Shown one piece after another: positions 1 to 9,826 of a stretch of DNA of 51,175 nucleotides. How positions within the stretch are numbered: position 1 is the first letter of the stretch; each line of letters starts with the position of its first letter. The translations under genes and the position numbers were made by a program. This DNA is from Gemmatimonadota bacterium. GTDB taxonomy: Bacteria > Gemmatimonadota > Gemmatimonadetes > Palauibacterales > Palauibacteraceae. The DNA lies in contig JBDHAC010000029.1 in NCBI GenBank assembly GCA_039588275.1, positions 1 to 51,175 of the forward strand, given 5' to 3'. Under the pieces are notes generated by a model that ran no database searches, was not told the origin of the DNA, and was given only the letters and a program-made list of their open reading frames with translations.

Positions 1-1
1 C

Positions 2-334
2 CTGATCGACTACGCGCGGATCAAACGGGCCAAGAAGCGCGGCGGGGATCAGGTGCGTGTGACGCTGGACGAGCTCCGGGTGGAAGGACTCGGCCCCGAG
101 ATCTCGAACGACAAGGCCGATTCGCTGATCGCCCTCAACGAGGCGCTGGAACGGCTCCAGGAGCGGGACGAACGTCAGAGCAAGGTCGTGGAGTGCCGCT
201 TCTTCGGCGGCATGTCGATCCCCGACACGGCCGTCGCGCTGGGGGTGTCGCACGCGACCGTCGAGCGCGATTGGGCGATGGCGAAGGCGTGGCTGTTCCG
301 GGACATGAAGCGGGCGCGGGTCGGCGAACAGTAG
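2..334 (+). CDS. ECF-type RNA polymerase sigma factor, TIGR02999/Sigma70_ECF-like (5'-truncated by window edge)
   Basis: Open frame from base 2: LIDYARIKRAKKRGG...LIALNEALERL...VVECRFFGGMSIPDTAVALGVSHATVERDWAMAKAWL. The AxKRGG and RFFGG...TVxRDWxxAxAWL motifs are typical of the kinase-associated ECF group. Confidence 0.88.
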   Translation: MIDYARIKRAKKRGGDQVRVTLDELRVEGLGPEISNDKADSLIALNEALERLQERDERQSKVVECRFFGGMSIPDTAVALGVSHATVERDWAMAKAWLFRDMKRARVGEQ

Positions 335-377
335 CGAGCCGGCGTACGGGGTAACGCCGGCTGGACTCATCGAAGCG

Positions 378-401
378 GCCGCTCAGGGCGGGCTGAGCGG
401 C
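378..401 (+). terminator. GC-rich hairpin after the sigma gene, possible weak terminator
   Basis: GCCGCTCAG-ggcggg-CTGAGCGGC, a 9-bp stem followed by only TTA. Confidence 0.35.
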
Positions 402-762
402 TTACATGCCGAATGGAGGATACGGTGGGGGCTTTAAACAAAAAGCAGATATTCCGGTCTGTTACCCCACAATTGTCCGCTGCCGGCCGACTGACGGTAC
501 CGGGTTCGAGCCCGTTGGCTTGCGCGGATGGAGGCTGGCCGCCCCAGAAGCCCGTATCTATGTTAAAGCGCATCAGATCCGCAACTCCGTTTATGTCAAT
601 GAGCTGACGCCCCTCAACGCGAGGCGGTCCTGTGGTGCCTTCGCCTACCAGCTCACCCGCGAGATCTGTCCCCCGCCCTCTCCCGAGGGTGGCTGGCCCT
701 CGCGCGACTGGCGCCCGAATCGCTCTCGAGATCCGACAGGGGCACCGTCACGGGGGGTTCCC

Positions 763-3700
763 ATGCTAGCCGCATCGCTTGGGCAACCACGGCGGATCGC
801 GTCATACATGGTTATTCCCTTGGCCCTCCTCACGGCCTCCGCGGTCCCGGTGCGCGCACAGGAAGGGGCGATCGCCGGCACGGTCGTCAACGCCCAGACC
901 CTTGAGCCGGTGCGTGCCGCCCAAGTCTTCATTCCCCGCGCCGAGCTCGGCACGCGTGCCGATCTCGGGACGCTGACGAATCGCGACGGTCAGTATCGTC
1001 TCGCCCCCGTCCCCGCTGGTGAGGTCAGCGTTGAGGTGCGCCTGATCGGGTTCCGATCCGCGGCCCAGACCGTGACAGTCGTTTCCGGAGAGGTGACGAC
1101 GCTGGACTTCGAGCTCGAGGTGTCGGCGATCCAGCTCGAGGACGTGACGGTGAACATCATCACGGGGCGCGAGCGCCGCCGCCGCCAAGACGGGACGAAC
1201 GCGGGCCGGATCGACGTGGACGCTATCTCCAAAGCTCCGATCCAGGACTTCACCGATCTGATGGCAGGCCGGACCGAGGGCGTGATTCTCCAGGACGTCT
1301 CGGGCACCACCGGGACTTCACCGAGGATCCGGATCCGAGGCATGAGCAGCCTGTCGCTATCCAGCGATCCCCTCATCATCGTCGACGGCATCTACTTCAG
1401 CAACGACCAGGGGATCAACGAGTTCCTGTTCACGGGCGGCCAGGACCCGTCGCGGCTCAACGATCTCAATCCGGACGAGATCGAGGGCATCGAAATCGTG
1501 AAGGGCCCGGCCGCGTCGGCGTTGTACGGTGCAGTGGGCGCCAACGGGGTGATCCTCGTCACGACGAAGAGAGGGACCCCGGGTGGCACGGACTGGCACT
1601 TCTTCACCGAGCGTGGGCAGCTCGAGGACCGCACGGATTGGCCCCTCAACTACGAGGCGGTTCAGATCATCGGAGACTCCAACAACCCCGTATTCACCGA
1701 GGACGGCTTCAACACCACCGACTACGCCGCCTGCGCGAACTTTCAGGCGGGAGCGGGAGATTGCACGCAGGACAGGTTTCTGACCTTCAACACCCTTCGC
1801 GATCCGCGCACGACGGCATTCCAGAAGGGGAACCGACAGAGCTACGGGATGAACGTGGCGGGCGGGACCCCCTCCTCCACGTATTACATCTCCGGCGAAT
1901 ACGAGCGGGAGAGGGGAGTCGTGACGGACCCGGTCATCAACCGGGAGGAGCATTGGAGCCTGCGGACCAACCTGGACGCCGGGCTCGCCGACAACCTGAA
2001 CGCGTCGATCAGCATCGGGTTCATGTCCCGGGATGTGGAATTCAACGACAACGACAACGACATCTTCGGCTCGATCATCAACGGGCTCGGCGGGATGGCC
2101 GGGTTCGTCCCGGGGGACGATCCCAACGGCGGCCCGAACAAGCTGAACTACGCCTTCTTCCGGAACATGCAGGACCTCGCCGAGGCCGCCGGGGCCACGC
2201 AGGAGATCGACCGCTTCACCGGCAGCATTAACGCGAGCTGGCGACCGCTCGAGTGGTTGAGCGCGCAGGGAACCTTCGGTATCGACCTCGTGAGCGGCTT
2301 CGAACACAACACGGTACAGCCGGGGCTCGACAACCTGTCCGAGCCCTGGACGCTGGGCCTCCGTGCAGCCGCTCGAAACCAGCGCCAGAACTGGACGGGG
2401 AACTTCTCGGTGACGGGCACGGCGGCCATTCCCGGTACCTCGATTACATCCACCACCACCGCGGGTGCGAGCTATCAGGAAGAGCTGTGGGAAGGCACGA
2501 GTTGCTGGGGCATGGGCTTGGTGGAGGGCACCGACTCTTGCAGCTCGACCACCTCGGTATTCGATCTGGCCGAGGATTGGCTGAACGTCGTGACCGTGGG
2601 CGCGTTCTTCCAGCAGGAGTTCTCGCTGGCGGACAAGCTGTTTCTCACGGGGTCGGTGCGGCTGGACGACAACAGCAACTTCGGTGGAAACGCTCCGCTG
2701 GAGGCGTACCCGTCGGCGAACGTGTCCTACCTGATGAGCGACGAGGAGTGGTTCCCGAAGGGCGGCGTCCTGAGCGAGCTGAGGCTCCGCGCCGCCTACG
2801 GCGTGGCGGGCCTGCGACCGGGCTTCCGCGACGCGATCACGCTGTTCGCTCCGGTCACGGTGCGAATCGACGGCGAGGAGCTCCCCGCAGTCACGTTGGA
2901 CGAGACCGGGAACGAGCTCCTGGAGCCCGAGCGGTCCACGGAGTGGGAGGGTGGTATCGACCTCGGCCTGTTCGAGGATCGGGTAGGGATCGAGTTCACG
3001 TACTTCCACAAGACCTCCAAGGACGCTCTCATTTCGCGCGAGCTTGCGCCGTCCCTCGGGCTCACCCACTTCGTGTTCGACAACCTCGCCGAAGTTCGTA
3101 ACAAGGGCACCGAGATGTCGCTGCGTGCCCTGGCGATCGACCACAGGAACGTCCGGGCCAACGTCGCGATCCAGTGGACGACGCTCGACAACCTCATCGT
3201 GGAGCTGGGTGAAGGGGTGGAGCCCATCATCGGCGGCGTGCAGCGTCACGATGAGGGTTATGCGGCGGCCGCGTACTGGCACAAGCCCATCTCATGGGAC
3301 GACGCGAACGGGGACGGGCTCCTGTCGATCGACGAGGTAGCCGCCGGTGACGAAGACCTCTTCATCGACGAGGCGTTCCCTACCTGGACGGCCTCGTTCA
3401 ACGCCGACCTCGAATTGTTCCAGGCGATCCGAATCAGCACGCTGTTCGATGCGCGTGGAGGTCACAGCCAGAGTAACGGGACCGAGCGTATCCGTTGCCG
3501 CCTCTTCGCCCAGCCCGGACGCGGATGCGAAGCGACCGGCGGGGATAACGCGACGCTCGAAGATCAGGCGGCCTTCGTCGCGGACCGTTTCCACGGCGCG
3601 CGGAGCGGCTATGTACAGAAGGCGGGTTTCATCAAGTGGCGGGAGATCTCGTTCACGCTCACGGCGCCCCCGTCGCTGGCCCAAAAGCATGCCCTGCTGG

Positions 3701-3870
3701 AGCGCACGAGCCTGACGTTCTCCGGCCGAAACCTGCAGACGTTTACCGATTATCCGGGGATCGATCCGGAGATCCACACCGGGGGCAGCGACAGTATCTT
3801 CGGTCAGGGGGAGTTCTTCACGCAGCCCCCCGTCCGGGTCTTCACCGTGCGCCTGGATGTGAGGTTCTAG
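763..3870 (+). CDS. SusC/RagA-family TonB-dependent outer-membrane receptor
   Basis: Signal peptide ending VRA-Q, N-terminal carboxypeptidase-regulatory-like domain, plug signature DLNPDEIEGIEIVKGPAASALYGAVGANGVILVTTKRG, C-terminal F. ATG 763 follows GGGGG and is preferred over the ORF-track start at 406. Confidence 0.93.
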   Translation: MLAASLGQPRRIASYMVIPLALLTASAVPVRAQEGAIAGTVVNAQTLEPVRAAQVFIPRAELGTRADLGTLTNRDGQYRLAPVPAGEVSVEVRLIGFRSAAQTVTVVSGEVTTLDFELEVSAIQLEDVTVNIITGRERRRRQDGTNAGRIDVDAISKAPIQDFTDLMAGRTEGVILQDVSGTTGTSPRIRIRGMSSLSLSSDPLIIVDGIYFSNDQGINEFLFTGGQDPSRLNDLNPDEIEGIEIVKGPAASALYGAVGANGVILVTTKRGTPGGTDWHFFTERGQLEDRTDWPLNYEAVQIIGDSNNPVFTEDGFNTTDYAACANFQAGAGDCTQDRFLTFNTLRDPRTTAFQKGNRQSYGMNVAGGTPSSTYYISGEYERERGVVTDPVINREEHWSLRTNLDAGLADNLNASISIGFMSRDVEFNDNDNDIFGSIINGLGGMAGFVPGDDPNGGPNKLNYAFFRNMQDLAEAAGATQEIDRFTGSINASWRPLEWLSAQGTFGIDLVSGFEHNTVQPGLDNLSEPWTLGLRAAARNQRQNWTGNFSVTGTAAIPGTSITSTTTAGASYQEELWEGTSCWGMGLVEGTDSCSSTTSVFDLAEDWLNVVTVGAFFQQEFSLADKLFLTGSVRLDDNSNFGGNAPLEAYPSANVSYLMSDEEWFPKGGVLSELRLRAAYGVAGLRPGFRDAITLFAPVTVRIDGEELPAVTLDETGNELLEPERSTEWEGGIDLGLFEDRVGIEFTYFHKTSKDALISRELAPSLGLTHFVFDNLAEVRNKGTEMSLRALAIDHRNVRANVAIQWTTLDNLIVELGEGVEPIIGGVQRHDEGYAAAAYWHKPISWDDANGDGLLSIDEVAAGDEDLFIDEAFPTWTASFNADLELFQAIRISTLFDARGGHSQSNGTERIRCRLFAQPGRGCEATGGDNATLEDQAAFVADRFHGARSGYVQKAGFIKWREISFTLTAPPSLAQKHALLERTSLTFSGRNLQTFTDYPGIDPEIHTGGSDSIFGQGEFFTQPPVRVFTVRLDVRF

Positions 3871-3872
3871 GA

Positions 3873-5267
3873 ATGGCCGCGAGCGAGCTTGAGCCGCTGA
3901 AGCACCTAGATTCCTGCCGATCGCGCTGGATGACCCTTCTCGCCGTGGGCGCCCTGGCCCTCCCGAGCCTTGGGTGTGAGAACACCCTGGCCGTGAAGGA
4001 GCGGGAGTTTCTGACCCCTGCGGGGCTGGACCCCGACCTCCTGTACGCAGGGGCGATGGCAGACTTCCAGGAGGCGTACAGCGGGGGCACCTCGTGGGGT
4101 GGGTTCATCACGATAGATGCGCTGCTCACGGACCAGCTGTTCGTGACCACCACGGGTTCGTCGATAACAGCGGCGGACCAGCGCGCTCAGTTCCCGATGG
4201 ACCAGGCGCACCTGTCCGACGGGGTGTACACCGATCTTCATCAGGTGCGCCGGGCTGCGATTCGGGCCATCCGGGCGATGGAGTCGGCCGGGCTCGGCGC
4301 TGACCCGCGCATCCCGGAACTGCGGATGCTCGAGGCGTACTCGACCCTGGCGCTCGGGGAGGGTTTCTGCTCGGGGATCCCCTTCAGCGAGGTGGACGAG
4401 CAGGGAGCGTTCATCGATGGCGCACCGCTCAGTACGGCGCAGGTGTTCGAGCGAGCGCTCGGGTTCTTCGACGAGGCGAGCGGTGCGGGCCCGGCGGCGG
4501 CCATCGGCAAGGCGCGGACTCTGGTGAACCTGGGTCGCTACTCGGAAGCCGCGAGCGCGGTCTCGGGCGTGCCTACGTCCTTCGTGCGCAATATCGAGCA
4601 CTCGGCGAACTCCGTCGATCAGAACAATCCGATCTTCGGCCTCCAATCGAACGGGCGTTTCTCGCTCTCGAACCTCGAGGGGACGAACGGGCTCCCATAC
4701 CGGGATGCCCAGGATCCGCGGATCCCTTGGGTGGAGGATCCGGCGGGTGCGTTCATTCCATCCCTACCGCTCTACCTGGTCTTGTCGTATGGGGTGAAGG
4801 AAGCGCCGGTGCGGGTGGCGGACGGGATCGAGGCCCGGCTGATCGAGGCCGAGGCGGACCTGCCGATCAACGGCGGTTCGGGGACCCAGTGGCTGAACAT
4901 CCTGAACACGCTCCGGCGCGATGTGAGGGACCTCATGGCCGCCCGAGTCCCGGACTACTCGTCGCTCGTGCCCGGGCCCAACAACCCGTCGATGACCCTG
5001 CCCGATCTGGTCGACCCGGGGAACGACGCCGCTCGGGTGGACATGGTCTTCAGCGAAAGGGCGTTCTGGTTGTTCCTGACCGGCCATCGGATCGGCGACC
5101 TGAGGCGGCTGATGCGCGATTACGGCCGCGATGGCGAGTCCATCTGGCCCGTCGGCCCGTTTCACAGGGGTGGCGAGTACGGAGGAGATGTAGTGCTCCC
5201 CCTTCGATTCGAGGAGCAGAACAACAGCCTCTACGACGTGACTATGTGCAGCTACACGACGCCATGA
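3873..5267 (+). CDS. SusD/RagB-family outer-membrane lipoprotein
   Basis: ATG 2 nt after the susC stop. Lipobox SLGC, LGEGFCSGIP, EARLIEAEA, ERAFWLFLTGHRIGDLRR, C-terminal EEQNN. Confidence 0.88.
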   Translation: MAASELEPLKHLDSCRSRWMTLLAVGALALPSLGCENTLAVKEREFLTPAGLDPDLLYAGAMADFQEAYSGGTSWGGFITIDALLTDQLFVTTTGSSITAADQRAQFPMDQAHLSDGVYTDLHQVRRAAIRAIRAMESAGLGADPRIPELRMLEAYSTLALGEGFCSGIPFSEVDEQGAFIDGAPLSTAQVFERALGFFDEASGAGPAAAIGKARTLVNLGRYSEAASAVSGVPTSFVRNIEHSANSVDQNNPIFGLQSNGRFSLSNLEGTNGLPYRDAQDPRIPWVEDPAGAFIPSLPLYLVLSYGVKEAPVRVADGIEARLIEAEADLPINGGSGTQWLNILNTLRRDVRDLMAARVPDYSSLVPGPNNPSMTLPDLVDPGNDAARVDMVFSERAFWLFLTGHRIGDLRRLMRDYGRDGESIWPVGPFHRGGEYGGDVVLPLRFEEQNNSLYDVTMCSYTTP

Positions 5268-7006
5268 GTTGCTGGACGCAGGCGATGGGAAGAGGTCGCT
5301 GGGCGCCCCTGCGCTCCTGGCCAGCGCTCGCGGCGCTCCTCGCAGCAATCGCTTCCGTCGGGGTCTGGTGGTCCGTGCGAGACCCCTCAGGATCGGATGC
5401 GGCGGCTGGCCTTCCTGAGGCTAGGGTGGCGGTGTTTCCCTTCGAAAACCTCTCCGGCGATCCGGAGCTGGACGGTATGGGCGAGTACGCCGCTTTCGGC
5501 ATATCCGATGGCCTGAGCCGGATGGACGAGAGCCAGCCGGTGAGTCAAGACGCCGTGCGCAGAGTTCTACAGAGTGCGGGAGAGGACGCCAGCGCCCGTG
5601 AGATCGCCGCGGATCTCGGGGCCGGGACCTCGGTCACGGGTGTCTTTTTTAGTCGAGATGACACGCTGGAGCTTCGGGCGGAGATCACGGCGGTAGGCAG
5701 TGGCGAGGTCATCCACACCGTCGATGCGTCGGGCAGAGCCGACGATCCGTCGGAGGTCGTCGAGACCCTGAGGCAACGCGTGATGGGAGCGGTCGCCACG
5801 ATGCTGGGTGACGACCGGTCGACGCTTGCGATTTCAAGGCCCCTCTCCTATCAGGCGTACCAGGCCTGGGCGCGGGCCACGGAGAGGTTCGATGCCCTCG
5901 ACTGGCCAGGCTTCCTGCACCAGTGCCGCGAAGCTTACCGACTGGATACCACGTTCATGGCCCCGCTCATGGGGATGGTGACGGCGTACGGCAATCTGGG
6001 GCGGCCGACCGATCAAGACTCGATACTCTCGATCCTCGAGCATCGTCGGAGCGAACTCCGCCCCGGTAACCTGGTCATGTTGGAGTACCTACACGGGTGG
6101 ATGTCCGACGACCCGGAGCGCATGTTGGAGGCGCTGAGGGTCGTGGTCCGTGATCACGATCGGGGGTGGTGGATCACCCTCCTGGGGACCCTGGTCAACC
6201 GGGGGCGGCCTGAGGAGGCGCTGCAGCTTTGGGAGGATTATCGGGAAGGCCGGATCTCGGCACCCCGGCGCTGGACGTCTCTGGAACTTCCGCCCTTCTG
6301 GATGGCCCTGGCTGCGGCCCAGCATGTGACAGGTCGGTACCGGGAGGAGCTCGCGACCGCCCGGCACGCCCGAGAGCTGATGCCCGATGCCGTGCGCCTC
6401 CGGTTGCCCGAGATCCGAGCGCTGGTCGCGCTGGACCGCTGGGAGGAGGCCCGATCCCTAATCGACGAAGTGGAGAACATCGAGCAGCCCTCCTCGCCCC
6501 GTGGGTGGTCTCCGGTGCTGGTTGTCTACTGGGTCGGGGCGGACATGGCTCGGCACGGGCATGCGGTGGAGGCCCGGGCCGCTGCCGAGCGAGTCATATC
6601 CTGGCTCCGGTCCCGGGATCCGGAAGGGTCCCCCTTCGAGATGGCGAACGCGCTGCTGCTGGCCGATCGTCCGGCGGAGGCCCTCGAGCTGGCCCAGCCT
6701 CTCGTTGAGGAATACCCCGACGAGGTCTGGGCGCACAGGCTCCTCGGCATCGCGCTCGCACGTACCGGTGACCGGCCCGGGGCGGAAGCGGAAGCCCGCT
6801 GGCTGGAGGAGCTTGAACGGCCTTATCTGAAGGGAGACCATATCCGACTGCGTGCGGCCATCGTCGCGCATCTCGGTCAGAAGGAACTGGCAGTGCGGCT
6901 TCTGCGCCAGGCTATCTTCAGTTTCCGGCGACTGCACTACGACCCCGACTATGCACCCTTGTGGGGGTATGACCCGTTCGAGCGGCTTATCGCACCAAGG
7001 GGGTGA
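5264..7006 (+). CDS. Kinase-less membrane-anchored TolB-N-like/TPR receptor protein (paralog A)
   Basis: ATGA overlap with the susD stop (alternative start 5285). TM segment PALAALLAAIASVGVWW, VAVFPFENLSGD, TPR-like helices, C-terminus APLWGYDPFERLIAPRG shared with paralogs B and C. Confidence 0.82.
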   Translation: MSCWTQAMGRGRWAPLRSWPALAALLAAIASVGVWWSVRDPSGSDAAAGLPEARVAVFPFENLSGDPELDGMGEYAAFGISDGLSRMDESQPVSQDAVRRVLQSAGEDASAREIAADLGAGTSVTGVFFSRDDTLELRAEITAVGSGEVIHTVDASGRADDPSEVVETLRQRVMGAVATMLGDDRSTLAISRPLSYQAYQAWARATERFDALDWPGFLHQCREAYRLDTTFMAPLMGMVTAYGNLGRPTDQDSILSILEHRRSELRPGNLVMLEYLHGWMSDDPERMLEALRVVVRDHDRGWWITLLGTLVNRGRPEEALQLWEDYREGRISAPRRWTSLELPPFWMALAAAQHVTGRYREELATARHARELMPDAVRLRLPEIRALVALDRWEEARSLIDEVENIEQPSSPRGWSPVLVVYWVGADMARHGHAVEARAAAERVISWLRSRDPEGSPFEMANALLLADRPAEALELAQPLVEEYPDEVWAHRLLGIALARTGDRPGAEAEARWLEELERPYLKGDHIRLRAAIVAHLGQKELAVRLLRQAIFSFRRLHYDPDYAPLWGYDPFERLIAPRG

Positions 7007-7093
7007 ACATGTCGGACTCGCTCGTCTTCATCGGAGCCCTTCCCGACTATTACTTTTGAGGGGGGTAGTCGCATCCCTTCGCGGCGGTAACCG

Positions 7094-9814
7094 ATGCACT
7101 CAGGTGACCCGGACTCGTTGAAGGACCTGTTCGAGCGGGCGAGCGCGCTCCCCGCCGACGAGCAGCAGGCGTTCCTGGAACACGCCTGCCGGGACGACCC
7201 CGACCGACAGGCCGAGCTCGAGTCCCTGATAGCGGCCGCCCAGGAAGCCGAGGGGTTCTTCGACAGCCTGGCCGACGCGGTCGTCTCGCTCTCCCCCTGG
7301 TCCGACGACTCGCCCACTGGACTCTCCGAGACTGCTTTGGGAGCGGACCCGCTGCTCGGGCGCACGGTCCGGCACTACCGGATCGAGGAGCGGCTCGGAA
7401 GCGGCGGTATGGGCGTGGTCTATCGCGCCCACGACACCCGCCTCAACCGGGCTGTGGCGCTCAAGTTCCTGCCGCGGCACCTGCGAGCGGACGACGCCGC
7501 CACGGAGCGCTTCCTGGTCGAAGCCCGAGCGGCCGCGGCCCTCGATCACCCGAACGTGTGCGTCGTGCACGAGATCGGAGAAGACGAAAAAGACCGTGTG
7601 TTCATCTCGATGGCCTGCTACGAGGGGGAGACCCTCAGGCACAAGATCGAGCGGGGTCCGCTGGCGATCGAGGAGGCGTGGGACTACGCGCGTCAAATCG
7701 CGGCTGGACTGGGTGCGGCACACGCGCACGACATCGTGCACCGCGACGTCAAGCCCGGAAACGTGATCATCACGCCCGAGGGCGTGGCCAAGGTGCTGGA
7801 TTTCGGGCTCGCCAAGCTGACTGACGTCACGCTGACCCGGACGGGTACCACGCTCGGCACGGTGGCGTACATGTCACCCGAGCAGGTGAGGGGCACGGAC
7901 GTGGACCACCGCACCGACCTCTGGTCGCTGGGCGTGGTCCTGTACGAGATGCTGACCGGTGAGCGGCCGTTCAAAGGCGACTCGACAGCCGTCGTGCTGC
8001 ACGCGATTCAGAATGAGGACCCGGAGCCACCGTCGACCCTGCGCCCCGAGGTCCCGCCGGAGCTGGAAGCCATCGTCGGGCAGTTGCTCGCGAAGAACCC
8101 GGCCCAGCGACCCGCCGGCGTCGAGGATGCGGGGCTCGTCACGGGCGAGGCCACGCTGCCAAGAGGCGTGTTCGCGAAACCGGGGAGTCCCTGGGCACGG
8201 GTGCTTTCCTGGCCGGTAGCCGCGGCTCTCGTGATGGTGGCCGCCGTCCTCGCCGTCTGGTCGTTCGTGTGGGGGCCCACCCCGAACGAGCCGGCTTCCG
8301 AGCTTCCAGTGGCCACCGTGGCCGTGTTCCCCTTCGACAACCTCTCTGGCGAGGCGGCGCTGGATCGCGTCGGCGAAGCCGTCGTCTTCGGGATCGTGGA
8401 TGGCCTGAGCTGGATGGACGAAGCGCAGGTGGTGGGCCGCGATGCGGTGCGGGACGCCCTCCGGAGCAGTGGCCAGGGCGCCGGCGCCCGGGAGATCGCG
8501 GCGGACCTGGGGGCGGGGACCAGCGTGACGGGGGTCGTGATGAGTCTCGGCGACTCGCTGCACCTCCGGGCCCAGGTCACGTCCGTGGCCACGGGAGAGG
8601 TGCAGCACGCCGTGGATGCCTCCGGCCTCTCCGCCGATGAACGCGTGATCATCGAAGAGCTCAAGCAGCGCGTGATGGGTGCGGTCGCGATGATGGTGAG
8701 TGACGAGCCCTCTACGAGGTATCTCTTGACCGCTCCCACCTACGAGGCGTTTCAAGCCTTCGCGCGGGGCCAGGAACGATTCGATGCGTCGGACCATCAA
8801 GGAGCCCTCGAACGCTACCGCGAAGCCTACCGCCTGGATACCACGTTCGTATCTGCCCTCAATGGCATGGCCACGGCGTACGCCAATCTCTGGCAACCTG
8901 AGCTGTTGGATTCGGTCGTTACGCTCCTCGAAAGCCGTCGGAGCGAGCTTCACCCCATCGAACAACACTACAACGATCAGCGTCGCGCGAGGCTCGAAGG
9001 AGACCGGATGCGATCGGTGGAGGCCGTGAGGGCTACGTTCCAGCTGGATCCCGGCCCGCATGCCGGTTGGCTGATAGTGGAGGCCGTGCATGCGGGGCGA
9101 CCCGAAGAAGCCCTGCAGGTTTGGGAGGAGTCGGACGAGGGCCAAACGCCGTCCTTCGACTCGCCCTCCCCATGGTATAGAGTAGTCACGGCCCAGCACA
9201 TGACGGGCCGGTACCAGGAGCAGCTCGCGACCGCCCGGCGCGCCCGAGAGCTGTTTTCGGAGCGTCCACGCTTCCGGTTTCAAGAGATCCAGGGGCTCGT
9301 CGCGTTGGGTCGATTGGATGAGGCGGGTGGCCTCGTCGATGAGCTGGAGTCGATCGAGCGGCCCGCGGAGGCTGACCAGGTGGCCGAGCGAGCCGTGTCC
9401 TGGTACCGGGCCCAGGACTCGGAGTCGTACCGACTTGGAATGGTAGAAGCGCTGCTGCTGTCTGACCGCCCGGAGGAGGCCGAGCGGCTGATCCGCGTCG
9501 TGCTCACGGAATACCCGGAAGGTCTGGAGGCGCATGCCCTCCTTGGGAACGCGCTCGCGCGTACCGGTGACCCTGCCGGGGCGGAAGGCGAAGCGCGCTG
9601 GTTGGAGGAGCTCGATCGGCCGTACCTCGGGGGAGCGAACACCTACTCCCGTGCCGCTATCGCCGCACACCTCGGTCAACGGGACCTCGCAGTGCGGCTC
9701 TTGCGTCAGGCCATCCAGGAAGGCGTGTCGTTCGAGTTCCTGCATTACGAGCCCGTCTTTGCCCCACTGTGGGGCTACGAACCCTTCGAGCAGGTCATCG
9801 CACCCAGGGGGTGA
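7094..9814 (+). CDS. Hanks-type Ser/Thr protein kinase with TM and TolB-N-like/TPR sensor (paralog B)
   Basis: GSGGMGVVY, VALK, HRDVKPGN, DFG and YMSPEQ are all intact. N-terminal helical DSLKDLFERAS...ELESL region, TM, then AVFPFDNLSG and TPRs. Confidence 0.93.
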   Translation: MHSGDPDSLKDLFERASALPADEQQAFLEHACRDDPDRQAELESLIAAAQEAEGFFDSLADAVVSLSPWSDDSPTGLSETALGADPLLGRTVRHYRIEERLGSGGMGVVYRAHDTRLNRAVALKFLPRHLRADDAATERFLVEARAAAALDHPNVCVVHEIGEDEKDRVFISMACYEGETLRHKIERGPLAIEEAWDYARQIAAGLGAAHAHDIVHRDVKPGNVIITPEGVAKVLDFGLAKLTDVTLTRTGTTLGTVAYMSPEQVRGTDVDHRTDLWSLGVVLYEMLTGERPFKGDSTAVVLHAIQNEDPEPPSTLRPEVPPELEAIVGQLLAKNPAQRPAGVEDAGLVTGEATLPRGVFAKPGSPWARVLSWPVAAALVMVAAVLAVWSFVWGPTPNEPASELPVATVAVFPFDNLSGEAALDRVGEAVVFGIVDGLSWMDEAQVVGRDAVRDALRSSGQGAGAREIAADLGAGTSVTGVVMSLGDSLHLRAQVTSVATGEVQHAVDASGLSADERVIIEELKQRVMGAVAMMVSDEPSTRYLLTAPTYEAFQAFARGQERFDASDHQGALERYREAYRLDTTFVSALNGMATAYANLWQPELLDSVVTLLESRRSELHPIEQHYNDQRRARLEGDRMRSVEAVRATFQLDPGPHAGWLIVEAVHAGRPEEALQVWEESDEGQTPSFDSPSPWYRVVTAQHMTGRYQEQLATARRARELFSERPRFRFQEIQGLVALGRLDEAGGLVDELESIERPAEADQVAERAVSWYRAQDSESYRLGMVEALLLSDRPEEAERLIRVVLTEYPEGLEAHALLGNALARTGDPAGAEGEARWLEELDRPYLGGANTYSRAAIAAHLGQRDLAVRLLRQAIQEGVSFEFLHYEPVFAPLWGYEPFEQVIAPRG

Positions 9815-9826
9815 GGGAGAAAGGCC

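Noticed and set aside
500..514. CCGGGTTCGAGCCCG resembling a tRNA T-arm
   Set aside because: It has no 5-bp stem with 7-nt loop and no acceptor, D or anticodon arms.
561..575. TGTTAAAGCGCATCA as a LacI-type operator before susC
   Set aside because: The right half-site matches poorly and no LacI gene is in the window.
406..762. 119-aa N-terminal extension of SusC in the ORF track
   Set aside because: The signal peptide and RBS fit ATG 763, and the upstream part looks like promoter DNA.
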